In this document: positions 1 through 13,369 of the stretch, piece after piece
Numbering within the stretch: the stretch's first letter is position 1
Layout of the letters: each line of letters begins with the position of its first letter
Source: Chiloscyllium plagiosum
Taxonomy: Eukaryota
DNA: 64,000 nt
Direction: 5' to 3'
Assembly: GCF_004010195.1 (NCBI RefSeq)
Contig: NC_057710.1
Location: forward strand, 111,112,024 to 111,176,023
The notes under the pieces: model-generated
The model's database searches: none
Told to the model about the DNA's origin: nothing
Seen by the model: only the letters and a program-made list of their open reading frames with translations
Translations under genes and position numbers: made by a program

Positions 1-3000
1 CAGAGATAATTGTTTCCTTTTTGTTGTGGGGCTTGGTTCATACCTTCAATCTAGTTTTTTTAAGATGTGCTATGTGACACTAAGCGCTGAGATTAACTAT
101 TCAATCACAGTGAGCATCACAACAAAGCCTGAATCCATCTCAGTTGGATAGTGATCAGGAATGGGAATCTTGGCAGAATTTCCCTTTCCCAAAAGCTTGG
201 GATCAACTGTAATCCCTACCATCACCTCAAGTCAGAACACGATAATTCACTGCAGATTAGGGAATGATCCTGTGATTGTCTCGCTCTGTATGTCTCAGCT
301 ACTTGCTGGTCAAACTTACTCAGCAATTGAGGCTGTCATAACTATAATTCTTTAAAAAATTTCTAGAGCATATAAGTTATTAATCAAGGTATAATGAAGA
401 AAAACAAGCAAGCAACTTTACATCACTGTGTTACCATTTCCTCAGAGTAACAGCAGCACGTCAACTGTGGAGAGTAGACGATTTTTGAGACTCCGAGAGC
501 TTGGACAAAACCAATCAAGTGTAAAGAGCCTTCTCATGCTAGGCACATTGCCTAATTACATTAGTGCAGTATCATATATTCTGTTTTTATTAAGTCCATT
601 AGCAAGACCACTTCCATTTGCTGCTTTAATTGCATGTGGTGCTAGTTTTGTTGTGGCTACTTAATGCACTATTTGAAATCCTAACAGTTGGAAAGTGAGG
701 TGCCAAACAGCTGTGCCTTCTCTGAATCCTCATTACTGCAGTGCTTAATCCACAACCTCTTGTGCTAAACCCTAGTGGCTGCAATTCTTGTTTCAGTATG
801 CCTTCATCATTTTACTTCACGTTTTTTAAGAAAAAAAAAAGAAAATCCAGGAGAGAACAAGAAAAAAGGCCTTTTGAGTATTTTTATACTCTTTTACCCT
901 GAGCCAACCTTACTTAACAAGCAAACTCTAGACCTGCTGCTTTCCCCCTGTGGCCAACTTCACTTGTTCAAAGGCTCTGGTAATCTTGAAACTTTACATT
1001 AGCTTTCACATGAACTGTTGCCTGCAGCTGTTATTAAGTCGATTTGGCTCTGTGGACTTCCATTGACAAGCACCTTACATACAGAGGTTAAAAATTGCTA
1101 ACACATGCTTTCATTTTCTTTTGCCCAGTTTCATACTATTTTCCCGTCAGTAGGACACTGCAAATATATTTACACATTCCAAAAGACTTTCAGAGACTTG
1201 CAAGGGAGTACTTAAGCCTTGGCATCATTATTACCAAAAATACATTATCGTTCGACCTCACGACTATTTTGTGAATTGACAGGAACATAAGGAAATTCTA
1301 ATTGAGAAATCTCTCAGATGCCAATTTACTGTGTTAAATGTACTTTGCTCTTTTTTTCCTCAAACTCTCTACCAAATACTGCACACTGAATGAATGTTTG
1401 ACTACAAACAATGTACCAATTTAACATTATCATTTGCTTTAAAGCTAACTCTTTAACAATAAATGATTATGGCTTCTAAATCACACAATGAGAGTTGAAA
1501 ATAGAAGACAGAGTGAAGCTAAAAATCCACGATGAATTAAAAACAATCTGCAGCAGCTTGTACTCAGAGCACTTATATGGGAGCAAGACTTATCAAAAGA
1601 ATGGTGGGAATTTCCTTCAATCAGACATGCCTCAAAGTTCTCAAAGGAATTTCAATAGTACCATTTCTTTTGTGTGTGATCTATTGCAAAATGATAAAAC
1701 CCCTGTTGCGGCCACTGCCATATGTGCCAGGCTGAGAGTACAATGGCACTTAATGATTGCACAAGCACTAATAAGCATTTACACTGATGACTCATTAGTA
1801 TTGACAGATTGTTCTAACAATAATTATAGCTCAAACATTTCCCAGTCATTGACTGACAATACAGCTTCTTCACTTGTTCAATTACGCCTCTATGTAACTC
1901 TATATCAAGAGCACTCCACAACTAATTAATCAATTCATAAAGATGCCACTTGTTCTACACATCGCTCATTAGTTGTGATTTTGATCCCAGTCATTTTGCC
2001 CACTTTTTCCCCTGCCCTTTCTGGCTCACTTGTGGCTAAGATTCACCAGGTATTGTTCAGTGCCTTGACCAAATAGCTATTCTTCATGTAAAGTTTGTAC
2101 AGTGAGGTTGAACAGGACATTTGAATGTGGGGACCATTCTAACTGATCTCAAAGATGTTTTCTGTAATACTTGTGTACACATACTTGAAACAATAAGGGA
2201 TTTTAGTCAATAATGAGCATTTGGCAATTACAACATTGACATTTCCTCCACAGACAGCCCAAGGTTATGATAAGGCAAATTATATGTGGTGTGTGCAGCC
2301 ATCTTAATCAGGGAACAACTGACTGGAAGTTAAATTTCTTGGCATCTAATCACCCTTAAGTCAAGGTAGTGTCACTGAAGGCACAACAATGCAATTGCTA
2401 ACCACACAAGGCAAATTAAAACTAACAGGTCTGATCTTGAACTCAAATTTATTTGCACATTAATTCGCTATAGGAAATTTAAAACTGCCAAATCTCTCTC
2501 ACTTATATGAAATTGTATTGCAGAAAATTTAAACCTACTAAATATGAGAAATAACGGAAAATATTCTTTGCAGCTCTTGAACAAAGACAATTATTTTAAG
2601 GTGATGGTCATTTTCTGCAAGTTTGAAAAAGCTCAATTTTCTGCACTTATTTCATACTCTTGCATTGATTAGTGTATAAGAAGTTTACTTTAAAGAGTAT
2701 TATTTATGGAGTGTTGGTGTTGCATCACAATTCATTCAGGGAGTCCAAGTAGCTGTGGCAAGACACACTTTTGCACGAATATTGTCATCTATAGCTATGG
2801 CTAGTATTGGTTAAGGCTTCAATTTTCTTTCCATTATTTCAGAGATCAGAAATCTATCCCATTCTTCCTGCCCCACATTGGAATGTGTGAGGAAATGCAG
2901 GTTAAGAGAATTTTTTTTGGCTCCAGCAAGAATGCACATACCTTGGCCACCACATCTTGGGGTGGGAGCCATTTGCTGAGCCTCTAGCTCAGGGAGGGAT

Positions 3001-3447
3001 GCTACAATACCCCCACCAATCTTTGAGTACATTGTTGAAATTCAGTACAATAAGTTATTTGCTCCTCCTTTTTCAACAACAGATGTTTGGAGCTGAATTA
3101 TAAAAAAGGAGTGGGCTGGTAAAATCATGTGAAGAGGAAGGATGGACAGGTAGGTAAATTCTGAACTGAGAATTAACTGCCAATTCAGGACTGCAGGGAA
3201 TATTGTTATTAAATAGATCAACATCACTCAAAGGGTGAAATGCAATATGGTGCAGACGGGCAATTGCATAGCTCAATAGAAATCTGCTATCAATCCATTG
3301 CTCATTTTGCGATAAGGATGGGGCTGAAGCAAGCTAATCAGTACAATCCGGGTCAGAAACTTCTTGGAAACATAAGACCTCCAGCATGCCTGCTACCCCC
3401 ACTTACCCGCAAGAGGATTGATTCCAGCAGAAAGAAAAAGTGCAGCT

Positions 3448-4632
3448 GAAGTAGTAACAAAGAGGATTGATGAAGGCAGAGCTATATGGATTTCAGCAAG
3501 GTGTTTGACAAGATTCTGCACGGTAGACTGGTTATCAAGGTTAGATTACACGAAATACAGGGAGAACTAGCCATTTGGATACAGAACTGACTCGAAGGTG
3601 GATGACAGAGGGTGGTGGTGGAGGGTTGCTTTCCACACTGGATGCCTGTGATCAGTGGAGTGCCACAAGGATCAGTGCTGGATCCACTACTTTTCATTAT
3701 TAATATAAATTATTTGGATGTGAACATAGGAGTTTTGGTTAGTAAGTTTGCAGATGACACCAAAATTGGAGGTGTAGTGGACAGTGAAGAAAGTTACCTC
3801 AGATTACAAAGGGATCTTGATCAGATGGGCGAAAGGGAGAAGGAGGGGCAGATGGAGTTTAATTTAGATAAATGTGTGGTGCGGCATTTTGGAAAGGCAA
3901 ATCAGGGCATGACTTATACACTTAATAGTAAGGTCCTGGGGAGTGTTGCTGAACAAACAAACTTTGGAGTGCAGGTTCATAGCTCCTTGAAAGTGGAACT
4001 TTTACCTGGAACAGGATGGTGAAGAAGGCATTTGGTATGCTTGCCTTTATTGGTCAGTGCATTGAGCAGGAGGTTATGTTGCGACTGTATAGAACATTGG
4101 TTAGACCACTATTGGAATAGAATGTGCAATTCTGGTCTCCCTGCTATAAGACGATATTGTGGAACTCAAAAGGGTTCAGAAAGATTTACAAGGATGTTGC
4201 CAGGGTTGGAGGGTTTGAACTATAGGGAGAGGCTGAATAGGCTGGGGCTGTTTTCCCTGGAGCATGGAGGCGGAGGGGTGACCTTATAGAGGTTTATAAA
4301 ATCATGAGGGGCATGGGTAGGGTAAATAAACAAGGTCTATTCCCTGGGGTGGGGGGAATCCAGAACTAGAGAGCATAGGTTTAGGGTGAGAGGGGAAAGA
4401 TATAAAAGGCACCTAAAGGGCAACTTTTTCACACAGAGGGTGGAGAATGTGGTGGAAGCTGGTATGATTACCACATTTAAAAGGCATCTGGATCAGTATA
4501 TGAATAGAAGGGGTTTAGAGGGATATGGGCTAAATGCTAGCAAATGGGACGAGATTAATTTAGGATATCTGGTCGGCATGGACAAGTTGGACTGAAGGAT
4601 CTGTTGCCGTGCTATACATCTCTATGACTCTA
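3448..4632 (+). mobile_element. CR1-clade LINE, 5'-truncated (RT domain to 3' tail), degenerate
   Basis: Translates to CR1 RT motifs (YMDFSKVFDK, SGVPQGSVLDPLLF, KFADDTKIGGVVDS, MEFNLDKC) with stops and frameshifts. It ends in the GGCATGGAC..TTGGAC.GAAGG tail followed by TCTATGACTCTA. Confidence 0.93.
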
Positions 4633-4727
4633 TTTGTATAATACTTTTCACAGCCACCAGACATCCCCAATGACTTTACAGAGGCTGAGATACTTCTGAA
4701 ACATAGTCAGTATTCTAATGTTAGAAG
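4633..4727 (-). mobile_element. 3' tail fragment of a Deu-domain-type SINE, old
   Basis: The reverse complement resembles the tail of the copy at 54177-54600 (ACATT..GACTA..TTCAGAAGTA..CTGTAAAG..TTGGGGATGTC..GTGAAAAG..TATACAAAT). Confidence 0.5.
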
Positions 4728-5206
4728 AGGAAAGGTAATCAAACTCACCAAAGCCACTAAATGCAATTTAGCACAATCACTAATTCATTACCACCTGCAC
4801 AACTGTTTGCTTAGCTCAGGCTGAATATCTGAGGCATGCAGTAGATTGGAACAGATATGAGGGAATGACCCTTAAAGCAACAGCATTCTCAGCTAACACA
4901 TTTTCATGCTTCTTGCATGAGGATAAACTACTATTCAGCTGGAGACTATTCACCTTCTGGACAATCAGTCTCCAAGCTTTATAAGATTGACAAGAAACCT
5001 ACAGCAAAGGCACACTGTCTTCTGGCAAACTGAACTGAATTTTTTGTGAACATAGAACATCACGTTATCTGCATGCACCCGGCATACATGAGCAATGGTG
5101 GCATGGTGAGGGGGTTTGGTGATTACACAAACACGACAACTGTGGCCAGGACTACTCATAAATACTGTCATAGAGAGTTGATCCAAATGTGTGAGAGAAG
5201 TAAAAA

Positions 5207-5785
5207 GGAGTAAATATCACCAGCAATCTGTCCTGGTCCATCCACGTAGATGCTAGAGTCAAGACAGTACACCAACACCTCTCCTTCTTCAAAAGGCTAA
5301 GGAACTTTGATATGTTCACCATGACTGTTACCAAGATTTATAGATGTACCATAGAAAGCATCCTGTCTATATGCATCACAGCTTGGTATGGCAACTGGTC
5401 TGCCCAATACCATAAAAAGTTGTGAATCTATCATGAAACCAGCCTTCCTTCCATTGACTCCAATCTGCACTTCCTGCTGCTTTGGGAAAGTAGCCAGCAT
5501 AATCAAAGATCCCTACCACCCCGGGTGTACTCTCTTCTACGTACCAAAAGATTCAAGAACAGTTTCTTCCCCACTATTATCAGACTTATGAACAGACCTC
5601 ACACATATTAGAGTTGATCTTTCTCTGCACCTTCTCTGTAGCTGGACTACTATAGTCCACATTCGGTTCTGTTACACTGATGTACTTGTGTAAGGTATGA
5701 TTTGCCTGGATGGCATGCAAATAATACTTTTCGCCATATCTCAGTATATGTTACAATAATAAGTCAAATCAAAAATCAAAACCAA
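5207..5785 (+). mobile_element. Rex1/Babar-like LINE 3' fragment
   Basis: Reads GVNITSNLSWSIHVDA..HQHLSFFKRLRNF..IYRCTIESILSICITAWYGN, the typical Rex-Babar RT C-terminus, then a 3' UTR ending in CAAAT/CAAAA repeats. Confidence 0.8.
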
Positions 5786-7259
5786 ATAATCAGTTCTCAA
5801 AGTGAGGAAATTCTTTTATATGAGAATTCTGGATAGCGGGGTCTTTGCTGTCTTTAGGATCACAATGAGGGATGATTAAATTTGGCCATCCATGTACACC
5901 TAGGTTTTCCCATCTCCTGCAATGTGTTGCATTCTCCTTGAGTATAAGATTAATAACTTAGGTATTTGAGCAAGATACGCAGGAGAAAAATCTTAAGAAA
6001 ACAATCCAAAAACTGTGCTTGTTCCCACATTTTCTTCAAATACTTTTGTTTATTCTGAAAATAATGTGAGATTTGAAAAAGGATGGTTGGAGTTAGTGAT
6101 TCATGTTTCAGAACCTCCTGGTATAAATCCAGGCAAATTTGGACTTTCATCCCCAAAGCAAATGGTGTTAGTCCAGACGTTTCCTGGCTTGTTGTCTCAG
6201 CTTCTGAAGTTACCGCATTAGAGCCAATTCTCATTCATGGGGTTGGGAAGGAGGCAGAACCAGAGTGCCAATGTGGTTTTCTAAAAAGACCACTTTAGTT
6301 CTTTGGGTCAGTCTCAGTTGCTTTGTTAAATATTAAGCCTTTTAGCTGTCGCCCCTCACAGCTTATACCCTTCAACCAATTCATGATGACCCATCTATGT
6401 CAACTCAAGCCCCATCTCTCCCCAATGGCTCCTTCGAGCCATCATGCCAACTTAATGCTAACTCATGCAGCTTCCCTGCCAAACCAATGGCCCCTTATAA
6501 CTTCATGCCCCTCTATCCACTCGTATTTGTTCTTACAATTTCCATACCAACTCATCCAGTATTGAATATGGATAAACCTCAGGATTCACATTGAAATGAA
6601 ATGAAAGAAAGATCTAACTACCCATTGCAGTCTTCACTACAGTGAAAAAAAATCCTATCCACGAAAACCTATTCGAAGCTCAGTGCTGAGTTCAAATGGC
6701 CCTGTTGCGTTTGAATTTCCCTCATGTTTTGAGCATTTTCAGGTGAGCAAAAATTAGGTCAGAAATGGTGATGGAATTCCAAATTTAAATCCAGCCTATC
6801 ATTTTTTAAAAATCTGGGCACTGTTCCTGAGTCTAAAAAAATTCAGCCTCGTACTTATATTTTTTAGCACTTAAAGAAAAAACATCCAGCCATTATTTTG
6901 GAACAGCATTGTATCATGGGAAAACATGACTTGCTGGTCAGTAACCAGTACTATTTCTATCAGTCATTCCACTGAACTAACAATGTTTATGGTTAGTTGG
7001 TGAAACATCTATTCATAGATGAGCTACCATTACTTGGACCAATGAACCTGTCATTCCACTGTCATTTGCAAGCTATTTGTTGTACAGTTGGATAACGATC
7101 AAGTAAAAATACATATTTCAGTTTAGCCTTCTTCATTTAAAGTTGTTGGAAAACATGTTTAATTTGAGTTTAAAACCTTCTGAGCCAAAGGGAGATCACC
7201 AACTCAAATGTCATTTAATCCATGAAAATAAATGACAATCTAGCTTCTTAGTCGTCAGT

Positions 7260-7748
7260 ATGTTGTGAAACTTGAAAGGGCACAGAATCCTGTTGTCAAG
7301 ATTGGAGGGTTTGAGCGATATGGAGAGGCTGAATAGGCTGGGCTGTTTTCCCTGGAGCATCAGAGGCCGAGGGGTAACCCCATAGAGGTTTATAAAATCA
7401 TAAGGGGCATGGATAGGGTAAATAGACAAGGTATTTTCCCTGGGTGGGGGAGTCCAGAGCTACAAGGCATAGGTTTAGGGTGAGAGGGGAAAAATTTAAA
7501 AGGGATCTAAGGGGCAATGTTTTCATGCAGAGGGTGGTGCGTATATGGAATGAGCTGCCAGAGAAGTGGTGGAGGCTGGTACAATTACAGCATTTAAAGC
7601 ACATCTGGATGAATATATGAATAGGAAGGGTTTAGAAGGATATGGGCCGGGTGCTGGCAAGCGGGACGAGATTAATTAGGATATGTGGTCAGCATGGATG
7701 AGTTGGACCGAAAGGTCTGTTTCTGTGCTGTATAACTCCATGACTCTA
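7260..7748 (+). mobile_element. CR1 LINE 3' fragment
   Basis: Colinear with 4155-4632 (GGAGAGGCTGAATAGGCTGGG, GAGGTTTATAAAATCAT, same tail ending ATGACTCTA). Confidence 0.92.
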
Positions 7749-8534
7749 AGTTAACTGGAGTGAACAATAGAGAGCAACTTAAATACATTTTTAAAGTGAC
7801 TCAATAAGACACATATTGCAAGGCACAACACCAGGAGTGAAACAAACTATTCTGTTAGAGATCATTTTAGATTTGCTCCAGTTTCTGATTTAAAAAATCT
7901 ATCCAAAGGCTCTCTAGTACAGCAATACCTCACCAGAAAAGTAAGACAGCTGTTCCCAAAAGAACTTTTCTTTTTACACAAAATTTGGCACAAAACAATA
8001 TTTTTGTTTGAACAAGATATAATTCTTGGTAATAAATCGCATATAAATACAATATTTAACAAAACCAAGAAAACTTGGAATTAGGAATAAATCTAATCAA
8101 GATGAAAAACAGACAGAATCCAAATGTAACAGTTTCTCTGCACCAATATTGTAATTTTTGAACCACCAACTTACGTGGGATAATAATATTTATTTTTCAA
8201 AGAGCAAGATGGTTAATATATAGTTATTATAAGGTGAAGTTTATTGAAAAGCTACGTAAGAGGTAAACTGGATTTTTTCTTAAACTTAGAGAGGTTACTT
8301 CCTTTTTCTTTATGCCTGATCATGCTTTGTGAAAGCTCTGCTCTGTGGTGAATGAATGAACAGTCCACAATCCTCTATACCACTGGAATCCTATCTTCAA
8401 TCTGGCCAGTTCCAGGCTTGGAGATAATTTCTGTAGGACTCTGATAAAGCAAACCTCTCTCTTATCTGAGCCAGCACTTATTAGCATGGAGACAGCAGCA
8501 ATGAACAACGTTATCTATTTTGGGCACAATTAAG

Positions 8535-8794
8535 GATTGTTCAAAACAGAAAGAGAGATTCTACTGTGACCTATAAAACGTTTAATACCCTCTGCCCTGT
8601 ATCTAACATACCTCTGATAAATATTGACTAAGATAACCTGATGGCGACAGAGCAATTCGAGCAATGTAGACTGGAGTTCTGCATTAGAACCAGGTAGAAT
8701 CCCTACACAGGAGGCTCCATTGGATTTGCCTGGGAATTTGAATTTTCCAACAGGCAATCCCGTGTGTTTGGAAACCCTGGAGAAACTACGTTAC
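8535..8794 (+). repeat. ~250-bp direct repeat, copy 1 (unclassified)
   Basis: Shares blocks with 10917-11174: AAACAGAAA.AGAGAT, TGTGACCTATA, GTTTAATAC, CTCTGATAAATATTG, AAGATAACCTGATGGC, TTCTGCATTAG, GGATTTGCCTGGGAATTTGAATTTTCCAA, GAGAAACTA. Confidence 0.85.
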
Positions 8795-9261
8795 AGTCAG
8801 TGAATTCAGAAGGTTTCAACTCATTTAAGTTTAATATTTGCCCAAGAAAAGTTAGAGAATTAGAGATCAAAAGTTAGAGGGTATCAGTGGTGTGTCAGGC
8901 CCTCCACCTAATAATTACCCAGGAGTTTCAGTTCTTGGGTAACTATTAAACAGAAGGCTCGACTCATCACTGACACTTCCTAACTGCACAACTCCCAACC
9001 ATTAGCACCAAATGGATCCTGGATAACGAGGCACTTTCCACTCCAATCCAAGTCAGTTCCATCTTCCTACCCCTAACCAAAATCTGGTGGACACAACATT
9101 TTCACTTTGCCTGCTCATCCGAGAAACATTTCCACTTCTTTGTCCCATCTGAGACATACCCCTACCATCGTGACCCCTAATTCGAACCCAAATGCCTGAA
9201 CCCCGTACACCCTGTAAACAACAACCTCTATCTAGAACTTGCCATTACCATCAACAATGAA

Positions 9262-10885
9262 GTGTTGGAGGACATGCCAGGAGCAGGCATACTTAATAAG
9301 AGGTGTCAACCTGATCAAACTATAACCCAGGAGTACCTGCATGGAAACAGTGTGCTAAGCAATTCCACAACCAATAGATCAGATCTAAGATCTGCAGTCT
9401 TGCCACATTCGGTTGTGAATGGTGTTGGACAATTAAACAACTCACTGGAGGAGAAGACCCCACAAATATCCGATCAACAATGATGGGGGAAACCAGCACA
9501 TCAGTGTAAAAGAAAACACTGAAGCACATGCAACAATCTTCAGCCAGAAGTGTTGGATGGATGGTCCATCACGGCCTCCTCTAGAGGTCCCCAGCATCAA
9601 AGGTGCCAGTTTTCATCAAATCACCAGACTCGAAAAATTAACTCTGCTTTCTTCCCACAGATCCTGGCAGACCTACTGAGTTTCAGATGCAATTTCTATT
9701 CATGCTTCAGATTTCCAGCATCTCCAGTTCTTTGTTTTGTAACAGAAGTGAAGACTTGTTCTCTAGAACTAGCCAGGGCCATAGATGCTGTTATGGTGCA
9801 GCTTCAATACTGGTGTCTACCCAGCAATGAGTAAAATTGTCCAAATATGTCCTGTCTACAGACCACAGAACAAGCCCAACCTTGTCAATTACAGTCACAT
9901 CAGTCTATTTGTGATCATCAGCAAAATGGAAGAGTGTGCTGTTGACAATGCTATCAAGCAATACTTAAACCTGACATCAGCCAGCACATTATTGCTTTGT
10001 GTGCTCCGTCTGGGCCACTCAGTTCTTGACTGCATTACAACCATCACTGAAAAAGTTGAAATTCAAAGGTGAGGTGAGAATCACAGTCCTTCACACCAAA
10101 GCAGTATTTGACTGAGTGCAGCATCAAGGAGCCACAGCAAAATTGGCGTTAATGGGAATCTGGGGAAAAGCTCTCTACTGGTGGAAGTCATACCTAGTAC
10201 AGAGGAAGCTAGTTGTAGTTGCTGAAATCAATTATCTTAGTCCTGGGACATCTCTGCAGGAATTCCTTACCGAAGTGTTCGAGGCTCAACATGCTTCAGC
10301 TACTTTATCAGTGACCTTCCCTCCATCATAAGGTCAGAAGTGGGGATGTTCACTGATGATTCACAACTCCTTAGATATTGAAGCAATCCCTGTCCTATGT
10401 AATAAGATGTGGACAACTTTAAGGCTTGGTCTAAAATGCGGGAAGTAACATTTGTGCCATAAACATGGCAAGCACTGACCATCTTCAACAAAGAAGGATC
10501 TAACCATGTGATATTCAATGGCTTTGTGATTGCTGACTCCTCTTGTCAGCACCCCAGGTATTACCATTGACCAGAAATTGAACTAGACCAGTCATATAAG
10601 TACTGTGGTTACAAGAGCATTTCTACAGGGAGTACCTGACCACCTGACTTTCCAAAGCCTGTCCACCACCTAATAAATGTACGTCCGGAGTGTAATGGGA
10701 TACTCTGAAAGTAACTGGATGAGTTTGGTTCCAGCAACACTCAAAACATGTGACATTACCCAGGACAAAGCAGCCCATTTGATTGGCCTACCATCCATCA
10801 ACTTCCACATTCACTCCCTTCACCACCAATGTATAGTAGTACCAATGTGCACCATCTACAGGGTGCACTGCAGCAACTCATCAAA
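9262..10885 (+). mobile_element. Degenerate CR1/L2-group LINE (RT region), a family distinct from the CR1 at 3448
   Basis: Fragmented RT motifs: YPAMSKIVQICPVY..NKPNLVNYSHISLFVIISKME, GEVRITVLHTKAVFD, QHQGATAKLALMGIWGKAL, SEVGMFTDD. Confidence 0.85.
9619..9742 (+). mobile_element. Penelope-like element 3'-end fragment nested in the LINE
   Basis: GACTCGAAAAATTAACTC..CACAGAT.CTGGCAGACCTACTGAG..TTTCCAGCATCTCCAGT resembles the PLE end at 21382-21490 and interrupts the LINE. Confidence 0.6.
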
Positions 10886-10916
10886 TGAACCGGTGAAAAA
10901 CACAGATGCTTTTCAG

Positions 10917-11174
10917 AATTGTCTAAACAGAAAAAGAGATAGCATTGTGACCTATAGAATGTTTAATACTCTGCCCTGTACATAAAATAGCTCTGATAAA
11001 TATTGGCCAAGATAACCTGATGGCTAGAGAGTCATTTTTTTCTGCATTAGGACCAGGCGGAATCCCTACAGAGCAGGCTTCATCGGATTTGCCTGGGAAT
11101 TTGAATTTTCCAAAAATCTTGAGGTGAGCACCTTTAAAGTCACTCACTTCAGAACTCCAGAGAAACTAACCTAC
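10917..11174 (+). repeat. ~250-bp direct repeat, copy 2 (unclassified)
   Basis: Diverged direct copy of 8535-8794. Confidence 0.85.
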
Positions 11175-11762
11175 CTAACCAGTGGAATATTTGTACACAA
11201 TTGTGTTTCTCAATTCCATGACAAATTAAGAATTTAAAATGGCCAAAAGTATCAAAGTATTGCTGACCGGACACAATGTCACACATCTTGTCGGGCCCAT
11301 CATGCTTTAGCTGTCAAATCTAAAACTACCAATTAAATTGGTGTAAGGCCCCCTGAAATTGATTATATTAGCTGAAGATATCTAATCCATTGTGAGGAAA
11401 GATAAACTGTAAATCAGTATAACACTTGGGTCCTGGTCCTGAATCGAGTTCTGCAGGCTATCGTGACAAATCTGAACAGTTATTTTCTAGCACCTAACAC
11501 CAGCTGATGATGGACAATTAAAACAAATGCAACAACCATTTTTTTCAAAATCCTTTACAAATCTTCTTATTGATTATTTATGGTAGAAGGAACATTGTCC
11601 CTACGTTTCAGAAACAAAATACACATCTGATCCTCCAATATTCTCAGCATGGTCCTAGTCAATTCACTGGTTAATACATCTCCAGATTCTGTGATATCCA
11701 AACTCCTAAGAATCAACAGAAATACATTGCTCTGTTACTTAACAGTTTTGTGAACCTTTTAA

Positions 11763-12083
11763 GATTAGATTACTTACAGTGTGGAAACAGGCCCTTCGGC
11801 CCAACAAGTCCACACCGACCCGCCGAAGCGCAACCCACCCAGACCCATTCCCCTACATTTCCCTCTTCACCTACACTACAGGCAATTTAGCATGGCCAAT
11901 TCCCCCAACCTGCACATTTTTTTGGATTGTGGGAGGAAACCGGAGTACCCGGAGGAAGCCCACGCAGACACGGGGAGAATGTGCAAACTCCACACAGAGA
12001 GAGAGTCGCCAGAGGCAGGAATTGAACCCGGGTCTCTGGCACTGTGAGGCAGCAGTGCTAACCACTGTGCCACCGTGCCGCCC
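11763..12083 (-). mobile_element. Full-length HE1-like (V-SINE) tRNA-derived SINE
   Basis: Minus strand has box A GGTGGCACAGTGG and box B GGGTTCAATTCC, the central GTGGAGTTTGCACATTCTCCCCGTGTCTGCGTGGG, a CR1-like tail and a TAATC repeat. Possible imperfect TSD AACC(T/A)TTTAA at 11753-11762 and 12086-12095. Confidence 0.92.
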
Positions 12084-13070
12084 ACAACCATTTAACCATT
12101 CCACAACTTTCATTCAGAAGCTGTGAGCAAAATGAAGCCCTTGTGTTTCACATGTATGCACCAATTGTGATGAAGGTCAGATTTCACTTCACCGTTCTTG
12201 TTGAAATAGCAGTGTCGTAGATTGAGTTCTATAAATGAACCTTGGTTAATGATGGAAGAAGTAATGAAAGGTTGGGTTCCCAGCTCTGGTCACTAATATG
12301 TGTGGCTTTTTGCAACACTGCACACATCCAAACTAGGGTGAGAAATAAAACTAAGTTGCTGGATTGCCACCTCCCCACATTGTCTGCTAACACTCACTGT
12401 ACAGGTTTACCTCTGAAAACTAGTCCAATTATTTGAGATAACAAGGCAGCAGCTATTATTAAGGCAGCTGTTCCCAAGCATGGGATGATAGCTGGCAGCA
12501 ATGAAGAGAGGAAAACAAAATTCTAATCTAAAAAGGCAATAATAATTTTGGTAAATGTAACATTCAAAAATAACAAATTACTAACTCAGATTATGTCATA
12601 TATTTCTTATAGTTGGGGAGAGTCCTGTCACCTCAAAACTGCCCAGATTGGAAAGTTCCACTTGGCTTGCTGACAGAAGTTTTGGGGCAGGACATGTACA
12701 GGAAACAAATTGAAATTCAACAGGATTTCAATCCTGATTTCTATGGAGTATCTATGGAATAGGCATAAATACTCTTGAAAGGCAGGTAAGGTCCAGTTCA
12801 CTGTTACAACTATTTATAACCCTAGCCCTTTAAACATGAGACAAACAGTCTGCATGTGTCTATGAGAGTTAAAACTCTGCTAAATTGCTTTGTTTGACAG
12901 GCTGAGTGGTGCAGCATCTATTCTAGCCAGTTGTTTATTGGTTGTTAGAGACCTTTTTGAGTGTTTGACTGATTTTTGAAATTGTCCCAATGAGGAATTT
13001 CTGAATTCACAGTCTGGTTGAAATTTTAATCAGTCTGGATGTAGGTTTGCTTGCTGAGCTGGAAGGTTTG

Positions 13071-13287
13071 TTTCAGAGTGCTGATCCTGCATCAGGTAGC
13101 TGTGGATCAGGATCATAAGACACAGAATTTATAGCAAAAGTTCACAGTGTCATGCGTGCAACTGATAAGAAATATTGAACAAACCTAGATTGCTGTTAAG
13201 TCTTTCATCTTTTAGAATGGGTTGCAGATTTTGGTTCATTAATATATAAATCCCGGAACTTCTTTCAAATCACATTCTTGAGAAAAT
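13071..13287 (-). repeat. Inverted 217-bp duplicate of 14315-14531
   Basis: The reverse complement matches 14315-14531 with 3 mismatches by my manual alignment. Confidence 0.95.
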
Positions 13288-13369
13288 CACCATACTAGGT
13301 GATAATATATATTATATAAATATATAGAAATATAAAGCAGGCTACACCACCGGTGCTTCAATGGGATAC

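Noticed and set aside
1495-1929. 144-aa + strand ORF
   Set aside because: It starts at TTG, has no recognisable domain or convincing splice context, and is of a length expected by chance.
8535-11174. LTR retrotransposon interpretation of the direct repeats
   Set aside because: No TG..CA termini, primer-binding site, polypurine tract, gag or integrase; the internal RT is non-LTR type.
12020-12083. tRNA-like sequences with A and B boxes
   Set aside because: They are SINE heads that continue into SINE bodies; no complete cloverleaf with a terminator, so not tRNA genes.
11779-12126. Recurring ORFs such as MWKQALRPNKSTPT and GRKPEHPEETHADTGRMCKLHT
   Set aside because: They are translations of HE1-like SINE copies, not a gene family.
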